Source: Sphyrna mokarran | Taxonomy: Eukaryota | DNA: 64,000 nt | NCBI GenBank assembly: GCA_024679065.1 | Contig: JAGIQG010000008.1 | Coordinates: 96,906,001-96,970,000, forward strand | Reading direction: 5' to 3' | Shown: in pieces, positions 13,400-25,377 of the stretch | Layout: each line of letters starts with the position of its first letter | How positions within the stretch are numbered: position 1 is the stretch's first letter | Translations under genes and position numbers: made by a program | The notes under the pieces: generated by a model | The model's database searches: none | What the model was told of the DNA's origin: nothing | What the model saw: only the letters and a program-made list of their open reading frames with translations

Positions 13400-14910
13400 G
13401 CAGGGGGTGGGGGGAGTGCTATTTGCGCTGAGTGTTTGACAGCTCTGGAACTCTGCACATATGCAGTGGTCCCGATCTGTCAGTCTCCCTACTTGCTAGC
13501 CTGCTCGATCACTGACCAGATGGGGACTTTTGCAGTGCTGTTTCTCCAGACCTCCTACAGCCTAATTGCGGTCCCCACAATAATTCCCGGGCCAACCCTG
13601 ACCCCCCCCCCCCCCCCCCCCAACCACCACCACCACGACCACCCCATCCCTGATGCATAGCCCACCCACCTTCCCGCAGTGACGATCCCACAATCCCACA
13701 CCGCAGCAGACATCTTCCTGCTGATCGCTCCAGGTCAGACACCCCAGAGGTAGGCCCTGTCTAGCAGACCACCCTGCCCCAGCCCACCCAATTGCTGCTC
13801 TCCCTCTATCCTAGACTGATTCTGTTTGTAGAGTGACAGCAGGACCCCCACCTCCACCGATTGCACCTTAGCCCTTTCACAATAGGCCACTTCCCCTTGA
13901 CAGTGCCCAATGCCAATGGGCAGTGCCAAGGTACCCATTGGACATGGGCACTTTACCCCTTGGGCAATAACAGGACACGGGCTGGCACTGCCAGAGTTCC
14001 CATGCCCAGGGGACACCACTAATCATCACTCGATTCCCTGAAGGGTCCTGATTGCTTCCCTTTCATTCTGGCAGGGTCTCCTGCCGGTTCCTCAAACGTG
14101 AGAAGATAATGTAAATCTCGCTGGAATAAAGTCCCCTTAATGGGGTGGATAGTAAAGACCAGTAGCAAAATGCTGATCAGTCAGTGACGCAACCCTGCAA
14201 TGCCGGCCGTGTGACCCCCCTCCTCCTCGCATCCCCCAGTGACAGCCTCAATCTCACACCTTCCTCATCCCCCGTCCCCATCCCCAGCAGTCCCAAAGCC
14301 ACCCTCACCCCATCTCCACAGTGCCTACCACTATCTCCCCCACCCTGGCCTATCCAACCACTCAGCAAACTGCTCCCATTCTGATGGCTGGCCTTCTACC
14401 AATACTGGCTGCAGAATGGCAGTATGATCCCCTGCCTTCAAAAGGCCCTAACCCTAGGCACTGCCTTATGCCTGGTGGGCAGTAACAATGCATCCTCTGG
14501 GCATTGGCACTTTGCACCTTGGGCAGTGTCAGGTGTCCAGGCTGGGACTGCCAAGGTGCCAATGCTGAGGGGCATCCTCTCGGCGCCCAATCTTCTGGGG
14601 GATATTGATTGCCCCCTCTTCACTCCAGCTGGATCAGGCCGCTACCTCTCCATTGGTGGGATCTATAATGGTCCCTGCTGGAGTGAAATATTTCTGGGCC
14701 CGGAGATTTCAGTTCCGGGCCTGTAAATTGCATTCAAATTACATTAAAATTAGGGCTGCATAAATTATTCAGCTCCATGCCTATTTTCAGCACAGAGTTG
14801 ATGGCATCAAAATCCAGCACTGGGAGATGTGCTCAAGACTGGATGCCCAGCACGGATTGTATATTCAGCCATAGCTTGAATGTCCTGGTTCACTGTGCTG
14901 AGAATCACCT
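13400..14910. repeat. GC-rich unclassified interspersed repeats (MITE-like; ggcagtgcc/ggcactgcc motifs)
   Basis: The same motifs recur at ~17110-17230, 21535-21585, 24700-24800 and 45700; boundaries approximate. Confidence 0.5.
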
Positions 14911-15524
14911 GTTATATTTTAATATTTGCTAATTGCATTATCATTACTGTTTCTGCATCTTTACACATTGTACACAATATCTTTAGATTGTTTATATTTC
15001 TTTTGTGCATCAATGAAGGATCATAGGTCCCTGTGCAAAAGACAAAAGCATTACTGAAAGAAGAAAGTAAAGTGCCACTCCCTGTGTAACTGCATTACAG
15101 CACCTACACACCATCAGCTTCTTGTTACACAAAACACCACACATTCGTCACTCACCCAGCACAAACAACACTCCTGGTCACTGCGACCACCTATCGGACA
15201 TCAAGATACTTCTCAATCTTTCATTCAGGCACCTATCAATGAAGCTACTAATCTGTTACCCATTTCTTGTGATCTCCAGAGACCTCCACCTATTCAACTG
15301 TGGCAGGCACATCATCCAAACAAACCATTGCGCAATCACTGCTGTTCTTCACTCATTATTGCAGGGCAAGGACACAGAGCTGGGAGGCATAAGGATATCT
15401 TCACCTCCTGATCTGTGGGGACTTGACAGTTCTCTGCATCATGCACTATTGCAGCATCAGGAGACCTAGCTGCTGATGAACCGTCTCTTGTATTTGGAAC
15501 AGGTCAAGAATTGAATGAAATGCT

Positions 15525-16244
15525 GGAGTTAATGGGAATCAGGGGAAATCTCTTAACTGTTTGGAGCAATACTTAGGGTAAAGGAAGATGGTTATGGATG
15601 ATAGAGATCAATCATCTTAGCTCCAGAACTTCACTGCAGGAGTTCCTCAGAATAGTGTCCTAGGCCCACTACTTCATCAATGACCTTCTTCCATCACAAG
15701 GTCAGAAATGAGGATGATCATAGCTAATTGCACCATTCGTGACTCCACAGATTCTGAAGCAGTTCATGTCCAAATGCAGCAAAGAGTGGATAATATTGAA
15801 ACATGGGCTGATAAGCGGCAAGTAACATTTGTGCCACATAAGTGCTAGGAAATGACTATCTCCAATAAGAGAGGATCTAATCATCAGTCCTTGACATTCA
15901 ATGGTGTACCATAGCTGAATCCCCCACTATCGAGAACTTGGGGATTACTGTTGACCAGAAAAAGAACTGGATTGGCCACATACTGAGGCTACAGAGCAGG
16001 TCAAAAGCTAAAAGCCTTTGGTGAGTAACTCACCTCCTGAATTCCCCAAAACCTGTCCACCATCTACAAGGTAAAAGTTAAGAGTATACTGGAATACTGT
16101 ACACTTGCTTGCATGAGTACAGCTCCAATAATACTGAAGAAGCTCAACATGATCCAGGATAAGACAGCTCATTTGACTGACATCCATCCCGCATTCACTT
16201 CCTCCACCACTGAGTTGCAGTGACAGCTGTGTGTATGGTGTGCC
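15525..16244 (+). mobile_element. Old LINE (CR1/L2-like) RT fragment
   Basis: ggagttcctcagaatagtgtcctaggccc (GVPQ.SVLGP), heavily decayed. Confidence 0.7.
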
Positions 16245-17599
16245 TGTCATACAGTTTTTTTTAATCCTTAAACGATGGAAAAAGAATTGCGAGTAGACTT
16301 CTTGTTAGTACACCAATATTTATTTAAAAGATACAATCAATAATCACCACCCAACCAGTAATAAATTAACTTACAGAAAATACGAAAGTTCAAGCTCAAT
16401 TACGAGACCTTGCCTTAACTTTGCGTAACTGGCAAGTACCCAAGTAGATATTGACATTTGTCTGTGTGCTGGTCTCTATGGTCCTCTACATAGTCTGCTC
16501 CTTTGGTCTGGTCTGGCACTCTGGCTCTGGTCTTCCTTTCTCCTCAGGTGTGGCGGTTCTCCTCGTGCTGCTCGTTGCTGGCGACGGTCACCATTGTCAC
16601 TTGTTTGTGGGTCAGAGAGAGAGAGAGAGAGAGAGCTTCTGTTGTGCCGCAGCTTTTATCCCTCCTTGGTTTCGTGTCCTTTTTGGGCGCTTCCTGATTC
16701 TTGTCAAACAATCAATCAATCAGGAATCGATCATCTTGATTGGCAAGAATCCAATCAAATGCTGCCACACTGATCTATGGGTGTGTACCCAATGGCCATG
16801 CCTGTCGCTGCTGGAGGTGCATAGGTCACATACTTCCTTCCCAAATAAGTGAATAAGGCACCCCTTTGCATGGTAAACAAATATGTTTGATCAGAAAATA
16901 TCCAATATCTTTGGGATGGCCTTTTTCCTATTATTCAGTCATCTAAGTTGTAGCCTGTTTATCTCTGTCTTTTAAGCTGCAATCTGCTGTTCCTTCTCTC
17001 ATCAATTCCAATGCAGAGTGGCATTGAAAACTCCCACCTTCATTGACTGTTCCCTAAGTCCCGTCCCTAATCAGGCCCACAGCCCTATAAGATTCTGCTC
17101 CTTGTTACAATGCCCCATAATGGATAGGTAGTGCCAAGGTGCCTGCTGGGCATGGCCATTTTGCCCTATAGTCAGTGCCGTGGAGCATAGGCTGGCACTG
17201 CCAAAGTGCCCATGCCCAGGTGGTACCATTCCCCACTGCCTGACCCCTTGGGGGATGTTACTGATTGCTCTCCTCTTCATTCCAGCCGAGTGGTTCCGAT
17301 AGCTTCCCGAAAGTGGGGACTACTGTAAACCTCAGTAGAGTGAAGTAAATGGAGAATTCAGTCCAGGGCCCACTAATCACACGGAAATAACATTAAACAT
17401 AAATGTAAATAACTTGCTTGGTGTTCCCACCAATTTCCAGTGCAGATCTGACAGCACCAGAAATCTGGCATTAGAAGATACACGTACAGCGGGAATGCAT
17501 GCATGAATCCCACGCCTGCCCAGATGTGACATTATCCCACTGCGCTGGACTAGAAAACTAGCAATAATGGGGTGGAAAAATCATCCCCTTATGTTCTAT

Positions 17600-17720
17600 T
17601 GGAGTGACGGACATTGAGGGGAGACCTAGTAGAAGTCTACAAGATCATGAGAGGCATGGACACAGTGGATAGTCGGAAGCTTTTTCCCAGGGTGGAAGAG
17701 TCAATTACCAGAAGCCATAG
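17600..17720 (+). mobile_element. CR1 fragment
   Basis: LRGDLVEVYKIMRGMD...LFPRVE. Confidence 0.8.
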
Positions 17721-18440
17721 GCTGGGATTGCAACATAGGATGTGGACAGTGTTGGGACACCATTTATTGGCATCCTTAATTGCCCATGAGGTAACACTGA
17801 TGATCCTCCTAGATGGAATGTTCATGTGGAATATTTGTGTGGTGCAGGTATGTCTACAGAGTTCTTAGGAAAATATTCCAGGTTTTCAGTCCTTTGACAG
17901 TGAAAGAACTGACAAATATTTCCAAGTCAGAATTGTGTCAGACTTAGAGGATAAGTTGCAATTGCAGGTGTTTCAATACACTTTCTGCCCTTGTTCCTCT
18001 AGATGTCAGTGGTTATGAATTTGGAGGCTAATCTCATATAAGCAGTACTGGACCAACTAAACCAAAATATAATTTATTGATTGTGTGGAATATAGGAGAC
18101 TGTTCAAGTTAGCAAAAACCTCATTTCATCAAAGACCAGCAGATTTATTTCAAGATTGCACCCTTAACAAACCAATTTGTGCAATAGATGGTGGTAGTAA
18201 GAAATACAGTCAGACATATTTTATTGAATGCAGGAAATAATTTTTACTCAATGAGGCAATGACCTGTACATAATGGCATCAAGTGTTTTTTGAAATATTA
18301 GCTACACTATTCATAAAGTAACATTGAGTTCATCTAAATTCATGTCCATTGTTTGCATGTCAGCCAAAAGAAATATCACTGTACTTTCTGCTCCTTCATG
18401 CTATGAGTTTATTTTATCATTTATTTTTGTGTTCTTCTAG

Positions 18441-18590
18441 AATTAACAGAAGCATCTGCAGAATATCAAACAATATCAAAAAAAAATGGAAGCTCCACTA
18501 AATCAGAATGAAGAGCAAACGAGTTCAGAAAATCAAGAATCAAAATTGGAGCAAACTCAACTGTCCCAATCGTCTTGTTCTGTAATGTAG
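18441..18590 (+). CDS. Probable terminal coding exon of paralogue A (ELTEASAEYQTISKK...); stop at 18511 as written, or at 18590 if the A9 run is A8
   Basis: Strong polypyrimidine/ctag acceptor, phase 1; YQTI motif; the shifted frame resembles exon 13024-13101; AATAAA at 18828. Confidence 0.6.
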
Positions 18591-19264
18591 GGATTCTATG
18601 TGTTGTTATTGCAATGTATCTTGTTCTTCAAGATATCAGTTGTTGTGAGTCTGGACACAGCCTTCGAAGAAGAAGTACTTAACCAAATTAAACAAAGTAT
18701 CATTAATTAATGGTATGGAATGTAGGAGTGTTCCAGTTAGCAAGATCCTCATTTTGTCATTGGTCAACAGATTTATTTCAAGATTGTCATCCTTCACAAA
18801 CTAACATGAGCAATAGATGGTTGAGGTAATAAATGTGTAGAAACGCCTAATGCTCTATTGAAATAGGGGGAAATAATGTTTTCTCACTGAGGCATTTATC
18901 TGTACATAGTGGTTTCAGGTAGTCTAAGAAATATTAGCTGCAGCATTTAGAAATGGCAGATAGGAATGTATTGATATTCTAGCTCAGGACTTTGAGCAAA
19001 TATTTTCACTGACTCCTTGTCCATTTTTTAATGGAATGATGCAGTTGCTCAGGCATCCTCATATTTGGACGAATGGACCCTGTTTTTCTCAAATTCAGAA
19101 ATCGATTAGGTTTTCTGCTTTAAACACAATTGTTATGTCTTTATCTTGAATTATGTTACTTGTGATATTTTTTTCTTGTTGCTACTCATGGTGTTCATGG
19201 GTAGCATGCTTGTAAAATTTGTAGAAATCACCAAGGAGTCTTTATGAACATTCACTTATGAACA

Positions 19265-19625
19265 AAAATTCTATCAAGATTCGACAGGGTAGATTCAGAA
19301 AGAATGTTCCCAATGGTGGGGCAGTCCAGAACTAGAGGTCATAGTTTGAAGATAAGGGGTAAACCATTTAGAACTGAGTTGGGGAGAAACTTCTTCACCA
19401 AGAAGGTGGTGAATGTGTGGAATTTACTACCACAGAAAGTAGTTGAGGCCAAAATGTTGCCTGATTTCAGAAAGAAATTAGACATAGGTCTAGAGGCTAA
19501 AGGGATCGAGGGGTATGGGAGAAGAGGGAATCAGGATATTGAATATGATAATCAGCCATGATCAAAATGAATGGCAGAGCAGGTTCAAAAAGCCGAATGG
19601 CCTACTCCTAATTTTAGTTTCTATT
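19265..19625 (+). mobile_element. CR1 LINE 3' end
   Basis: SRTRGHSLKIRG...FFTKKVVNVWN.LP; gccgaatggcctactcct tail. Confidence 0.85.
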
Positions 19626-21245
19626 ACTAACTTATGTATGTATTTACAGTGGAGGATAGATATATGGAGAGTATTGCTTGTCATGTCTTTAACTGTTGCT
19701 GCCTGTCCCAAAATGAAGGTATAGTTCATGTATTAACTAACATTACCAGTGGATGGTATTAAACTCAGTGTCTTGTTTATCTTTAAAGTACCAAGACTTC
19801 CCCACAAGTATTTATCCCTTGGATATGGACTAATAATAATTTACTTACAGTTTGATTCAGATCCTGTGGAGTTTTAGTCTTGTGTCCTTAACTTCAGTGC
19901 TGCAACTATAACTTCTTTGTGATTAAAATTTCCATGTTAACAGCACATTAACAAAGTTCACATGAGCCCATCTCCCCATCCCCCCTACCCCATTCAAGTC
20001 TTTAAAATCAGAGTCTGAGGCAGTGCAGAGATCTTGTACCACAGCCACGTCTCAAATGCCATTTGGTCAAGAGACACGACTGATACTTGAACAGTTTGAA
20101 CCACATGAGTCCACACAATGACTTCTTCCTTAATAAGATGGATGCATACTGATTTTTTTTTCATCCTTTTATGTGATGTATACATTGCTGGTTCCAGAAT
20201 ATTTATCCATCTTTCATTGCCCTTGAGAAGGTGAAGGTTAGCATCTTCTTGGGCCTTTGCAGCCCATGTGGTGCAGGTACACCCATAGTGCTATTAAGGA
20301 GCAAATTCCAGGATTTTAATCCAGTGACAATGCAGAAACCACAATATCATTCCAAATCAGGATGATGTGTGGCTTGGTATGGAATTTGCAGTGATGGTGT
20401 TTCCATCCATCTACTGCCCTTGTCCTTCTAAATGGTTGAGTTTGCAGATACTAAATCTAAAAACTTGCTCAAATTTGAAGCTCGAGACCTTATTATCATA
20501 TTAAAATTATGAACCATCCTCTGGTGAGCAGCTTAGTTGACTGTTCTCCAACCTGCCGCCTTTGCACCTTTGTCTCATTTTTTAATTTCCTGCCGCTGGT
20601 AATTGTTTCAGAGAAAGCTTTGAGCAATCATTAGGTGTGGCCTTTTCTAAAACTTTAATTTATTCCAATAAGAAAAAGTAATGAAGAATCCATAGTTTTT
20701 TGCAATAGGACCATTTTATATTAATTTTAGGGACCACTGTTCAGCTTGGAAATGATGCCAACTGTTTGGAGGCCATGTGCTAAAGTGCCAGTTTTGAAAA
20801 CCTTCCTACTCTATATCGCCAGCATAATCTTTAATCATCAGAAACTACACTCTGATGGCAATCGTAATTCAGAGGCTGATATCTGGGCCACTATACTAAA
20901 AATAGAATTTTAAACACAAATTAAGAAATGAATTAAAACAGTATATTCAATTAGACATTTTAATATCACACATTCCCAACTTTTATCTTGCACTATCAGT
21001 GAAGCAGAATGTTAATGGATTGATTAGGAGTCACAGCTGAATTCTTACATTTCAAACCTGTTGTTGAGATGCCAAGGTGTTGTAACCTTCCAGTTGCTTC
21101 TGAAATATTGCATTCTTGTGACGTCACTACTCTGAAATTAAATATTTGTATTTATGTATTATTCATATCACTCTGTGATTATAATGTGCAGTTACCTGTG
21201 TTCACCCACTTATAGTTTTTGACAGATGAGAGGAGTGTTCTCTGT

Positions 21246-24200
21246 GGGCACAATTTTACCAGATCACCCTGCCCATCGATGGTTGGAGCACGCCTGAAAT
21301 GGGCAAGAGGCTGAATAAATTATTCAAATATATTTAAATTTGAATTTTCATGTGTTTAGCAAGCCCGGTGTTCAAGCATCCAAGCTCATTTGCCTTTAGA
21401 GTCTTGTTGCAAAAGATTGTCTCCGGTAAGGAAAATCCCGCTCCCCATGAATGGGGAGCAGTCGTGTTGGCCTTGCTCGTGGAACCAGAGGCCATTGAGG
21501 CCCCCAGGGGAGGCTGAGAATAAGGGTGGGGCGCCCTGCCTGGCACCTTGGCAGTGCCACCCTGGCATCTGGGGAATGCCCAGTGGACTAGGGCCTATGA
21601 GGAGTGAAGCCAATGGGGGCGGGGCCTTTGAGGGCTAGACGTATGGGATCAGGCTTATACAGTTAGAAGTCTCTCAAGACCAGGTTAAATCCAACAGATT
21701 TATTTGGTAGCAAAAGCCACTAGCTTTCAGAGTGCTGCTGCTTCATCAGATAAGTGGGAGTGGATACACTTAAGTGGACGAAGGAGTAGTGCTCCAAAAG
21801 CTAGTAGCTTTTGCTACCAAATAAACCTGTTGGACTTTAACCTGGTGTTGTGAGACTTCTTACTGCCTTTACCCCAGCCCTCTCCACATCATGAGGTTTA
21901 TAGGGGCAGGGTTTAAAGGGTGTCCTATTGGGGATTTGCGGGGGATGGGGGGGCAAGGTGAGAGGGCCTGCTGCCTTTCTGCAGTGTGTTCAGATTGGGG
22001 GAGGCTGTTGCACACTCTGCAATGGGATCAGATCAGTGAGGGGGTTCTTGTCAGTCTGGGCAATGGGGAAGCAGGGTGGGCGGCAAGAATTAGATGCCCA
22101 TGCATTGTGGGGCTTGTGGTCAGCCATGAGCCCTTGCAATTGCAGGAGGGGGAAGGGAAGCTGGCTGTAGGTCCTTGCCATAGCAGGCATCTGACAGGTC
22201 TCTGCCTGTCAACCCTTGCAGTTGTTATTGACCTATCAGGCCTGATTTTACCATCAAATTGCACCTGTTTTTGGACGCAAAAACTTGGTAAAGTGTGAAG
22301 CGAGTAGCTCGGTATGCATCTGTTTCCATGCCAATTCCTTCTTTACCAAGGCCCAAAAATAGCCACAATCAGGTCTGCACTCGAAATTGGCGTGATGGCC
22401 ATTTAAATGCATTTGCATGTGTTTAGATTGACTTAATGGGCTGCACATCAAACCTGACCGACACTCCCCCCCTTTACCACCACATTCACCCATCCAGATT
22501 GGCGCGAAGCAGATATGCTCCACAAAAGTTCGATTTGTGTGCTCCAGTTAGTGTCAAACATTCAATGGCTTCCTGCTTGAGATCACTGGTGGGGTGGGAG
22601 AGGAAAGGTTGGGGGGGATGGAAGGTTGGTGAGAAGATGGTGTGGGGGAGGAAGTTGGACGAAGGTTGGGGGCAAAGGTGGATCTGAATGCTTGAGATCG
22701 GTGGGGGAAAGGGGGCTCATCCGCAGCTCTATCTGAGATTAGTTAGGGGGAGGGGGATCTGCTGCTACTCTGCTTTTGATCAGTGGGAGGGAAAGAAGGG
22801 GAGTGCCACAATCAATTTGGTTCTTGGGAGGGGGTGGGGGGATAAAGGGGTCAGTAATTTTGTGGGGATGGGGCAATGTCAGTGGGAGCCATGTGGGGAC
22901 ATTATCCGGCCAGGAGTGACGTGTCAAGAGAGCTGTATTTTATCTTTGTTTTGCTCTGCATGTGTGGTTGGAGATGTCGATTGGAGCTGCAAGATATTGG
23001 GCGTGTTAAGTCCTATCCATGGGCTTGTGCAGAACGATTCAGACTCACTAATATTTTTGCAGGCAGAGCTTGTATTAAGATGCCTGAGAACGGGACTAAA
23101 AATCAGATCTGAAACACTCCCTGTTTCTAGTCTGCCCAGCACTTAACATCAAAATGGTAAAATTGGGCCTGTTGAGTCTGCATATGTGCAGTAGCTCCCT
23201 CTACAGGCTGTCTAGTGAATTAAACCCAGCCCACTGCCTGCAGCAGCTAGAAACAGTCTCGACCATTTATTCAATGACTAAGTATACGGATTGGATCAGG
23301 AACTCTCCATTTTCCTGCTAGCTGGGCACATAGACCTCGATTTTACCATCGAGTTGCACTCACTTTCACGTGCAAAAATTTGGTAAAGTCGGTTGCGAGG
23401 TGAGTAGTATGATCCACGACTGCCTCCATGCCCATTCCCCCTTTACGAAGTGCCAAAAATGGCTGTCATTGGCATTGCACCTGAAATGCTGAAACGGGCG
23501 TTATGTCAATTTAAATCTCCCTAAATTGTCTCAAATTTGGTTGTTAATCCATAGATCTATAAACATTGGCAGGGATCACGGGTAGAGGTGGGAACATCGG
23601 GATGGCGGCACTGGCTCCCTGGGGGGTGCTGAAGTGCCTGTTTCCCGTGCTGTTTTGTTTTTTGTTCTTTGTAAATGCATTTGCAGATGATTCAGATGGC
23701 TCTCTGGTGGAGGCGGTGGGGGGTGTGGGGGGGGGTGCGGTGCAGGCAGATCAGATCACTCTCAAGTTGAGGGGGTTCAGATCATTTTCTGATTCGGGAA
23801 GGAAGGTGGGTCAGATCATTCTCTGGTGGGGGGAGAAGAGAGGTGGGTCAGGTGGCTCTTTGGTAGGGGGCATGTGGGGCAGGGGCTGCGATCAATCTGA
23901 ATAGGGGGAGTAGGGGCATAAGGGGACAGGTATGTTGTGGGGGTGGGGCAATGTCTGTGGGGCCAGAGAGAGGCATTATCAGGCCTGGGAACATGTGGCA
24001 GGAGACGTTTCCTATTTCTTTACTGTGCATGCACGGTTGCCAACTTAGATCAGAACAGCAGTGTTTTGGGTGCACTGCTTCTGCAGTGCAATTCAGAATC
24101 TCTGTTTTTCAGGCTGATTGTATAGGGGGGATGCCTGAGAACGGGTCTAAAAATTGGATCTGAAACACTCCCAGATTCAGCGCTTAGAATCCAAGTGGTA

Positions 24201-25152
24201 AAATTAGGCCCTTAGGGGGTGATTTTACCATTTTTTTTCTAAATGCCGGGAAGCCATGAAACTGGGAGATCCATTTTTTCAGGATCCTCCCATATGCATT
24301 TTGCCTGCAAAATATTGAGCAAGTCTGTTGCTTGGTGCAGAAGTCTATGGGCACGTCTTAACATACTCAAAACCCTACAGAGGGAGGCAGTGTGCATGCG
24401 CAGACCTCTGATGCTGCACATGCGCATTAGCAATAGCAGGGGTCTGACAGAAAAGAGAGAGCTGTGAGGCCCCTGCTACTGCCGGCTACCTGGAGCAGCT
24501 CCTGCCCCTGCAATTGTGAGGCACCATGGCCTGAGATGAAGCCCCTGCGTACACCTCTGCAGCCGAGACCAATTGTGAACCTGCGCCCTCCATTCAGCAA
24601 TCAGGGACCCGTCATCCTCCCCTCACCGATTACTGCAGATAACAGTGGACCCCCGCTCCATCCCTCCCCTCATTTAGTCTACTTCCACCGGGCCCTCTCC
24701 TATTGGCAACCCCAGCACGGTGCAGTGAGCATTGCCCAGATGCCAGACTGGCATTGCCCAATTGACAGGGTGACACTGTCAGTCTGGCACTGCCCAAGAG
24801 ACACTCTCCTTTCCCTCAGCTTCCCTACGTTTTCTCAATGGCCTGCGGTTCTACCAGTGAAGCCAAGTCGACTGCTTTCCATTCATGAGGTGCATGTCTA
24901 TTCCTCACTGGCGAGATCCGTTCCCGGTGAGATCATAAAGAGTGGCAGGCCCCAGCGACTAAGCTGATGTAAAATAGCATTAAAATAAATTTACATACAT
25001 TATCCTGACTCCCGCCCATTTCCAGTGAGAAGCTGACCATGCTGGAAATCCATGCTGGCGCTCGTAAAATGGCTAAGCGATTTACGCCTGACTTTACCAC
25101 GACATCAATGGTAAAATCGCCCCTTCAGAATCAATCTCATAAAATTCTGCCC
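21246..25152. mobile_element. Nested cluster of non-autonomous TIR elements (PIF/Harbinger-like MITEs)
   Basis: Outer TIRs gggcacaattttac / ataaaattctgccc with 3-bp TGT duplication; inner elements 22237-23171, 23333-24211 and 24215-25124 with ggNNNgattttacca...tggtaaaatNNNcc ends. Confidence 0.65.
21660..21880. mobile_element. Palindromic Penelope-derived non-autonomous element with two degenerate hammerhead motifs
   Basis: Inverted copies of the Penelope terminus ccaaataaacctgttggactttaacctggtgttgtgagacttcttactg. Confidence 0.75.
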
Positions 25153-25377
25153 TGTGTCTCTTGTCCCACTATTCCATGAATCAAAACATATCTTTAAATG
25201 TTTCCATCTGGTTCAACTCTAGGCTTTACCTTTTACCCTCAGAGTGACCATTCAATACCCAGGGGTGGGATTTTCCAGCTGTGTGTGCCCCAAGATCTGA
25301 AGTTCCTGTCCGAGGTTAACAGACCATTATTCCCCCAGTGGACAGGATAGGAAAATTCATCCCTCGTTTCTTCGATA

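Noticed and set aside
15020-15070. Possible additional small exon of paralogue A
   Set aside because: Candidate splice sites do not give a phase 1-1 open exon
16245-17042. Solo-LTR-like segment (TG...CA, minus-strand AATAAA, GA microsatellite)
   Set aside because: No TSD, second copy or internal ORF visible
21891-24967. Several 100-170-aa GC-rich ORFs
   Set aside because: They lie inside non-coding MITE bodies with no recognisable domains or consistent splice structure
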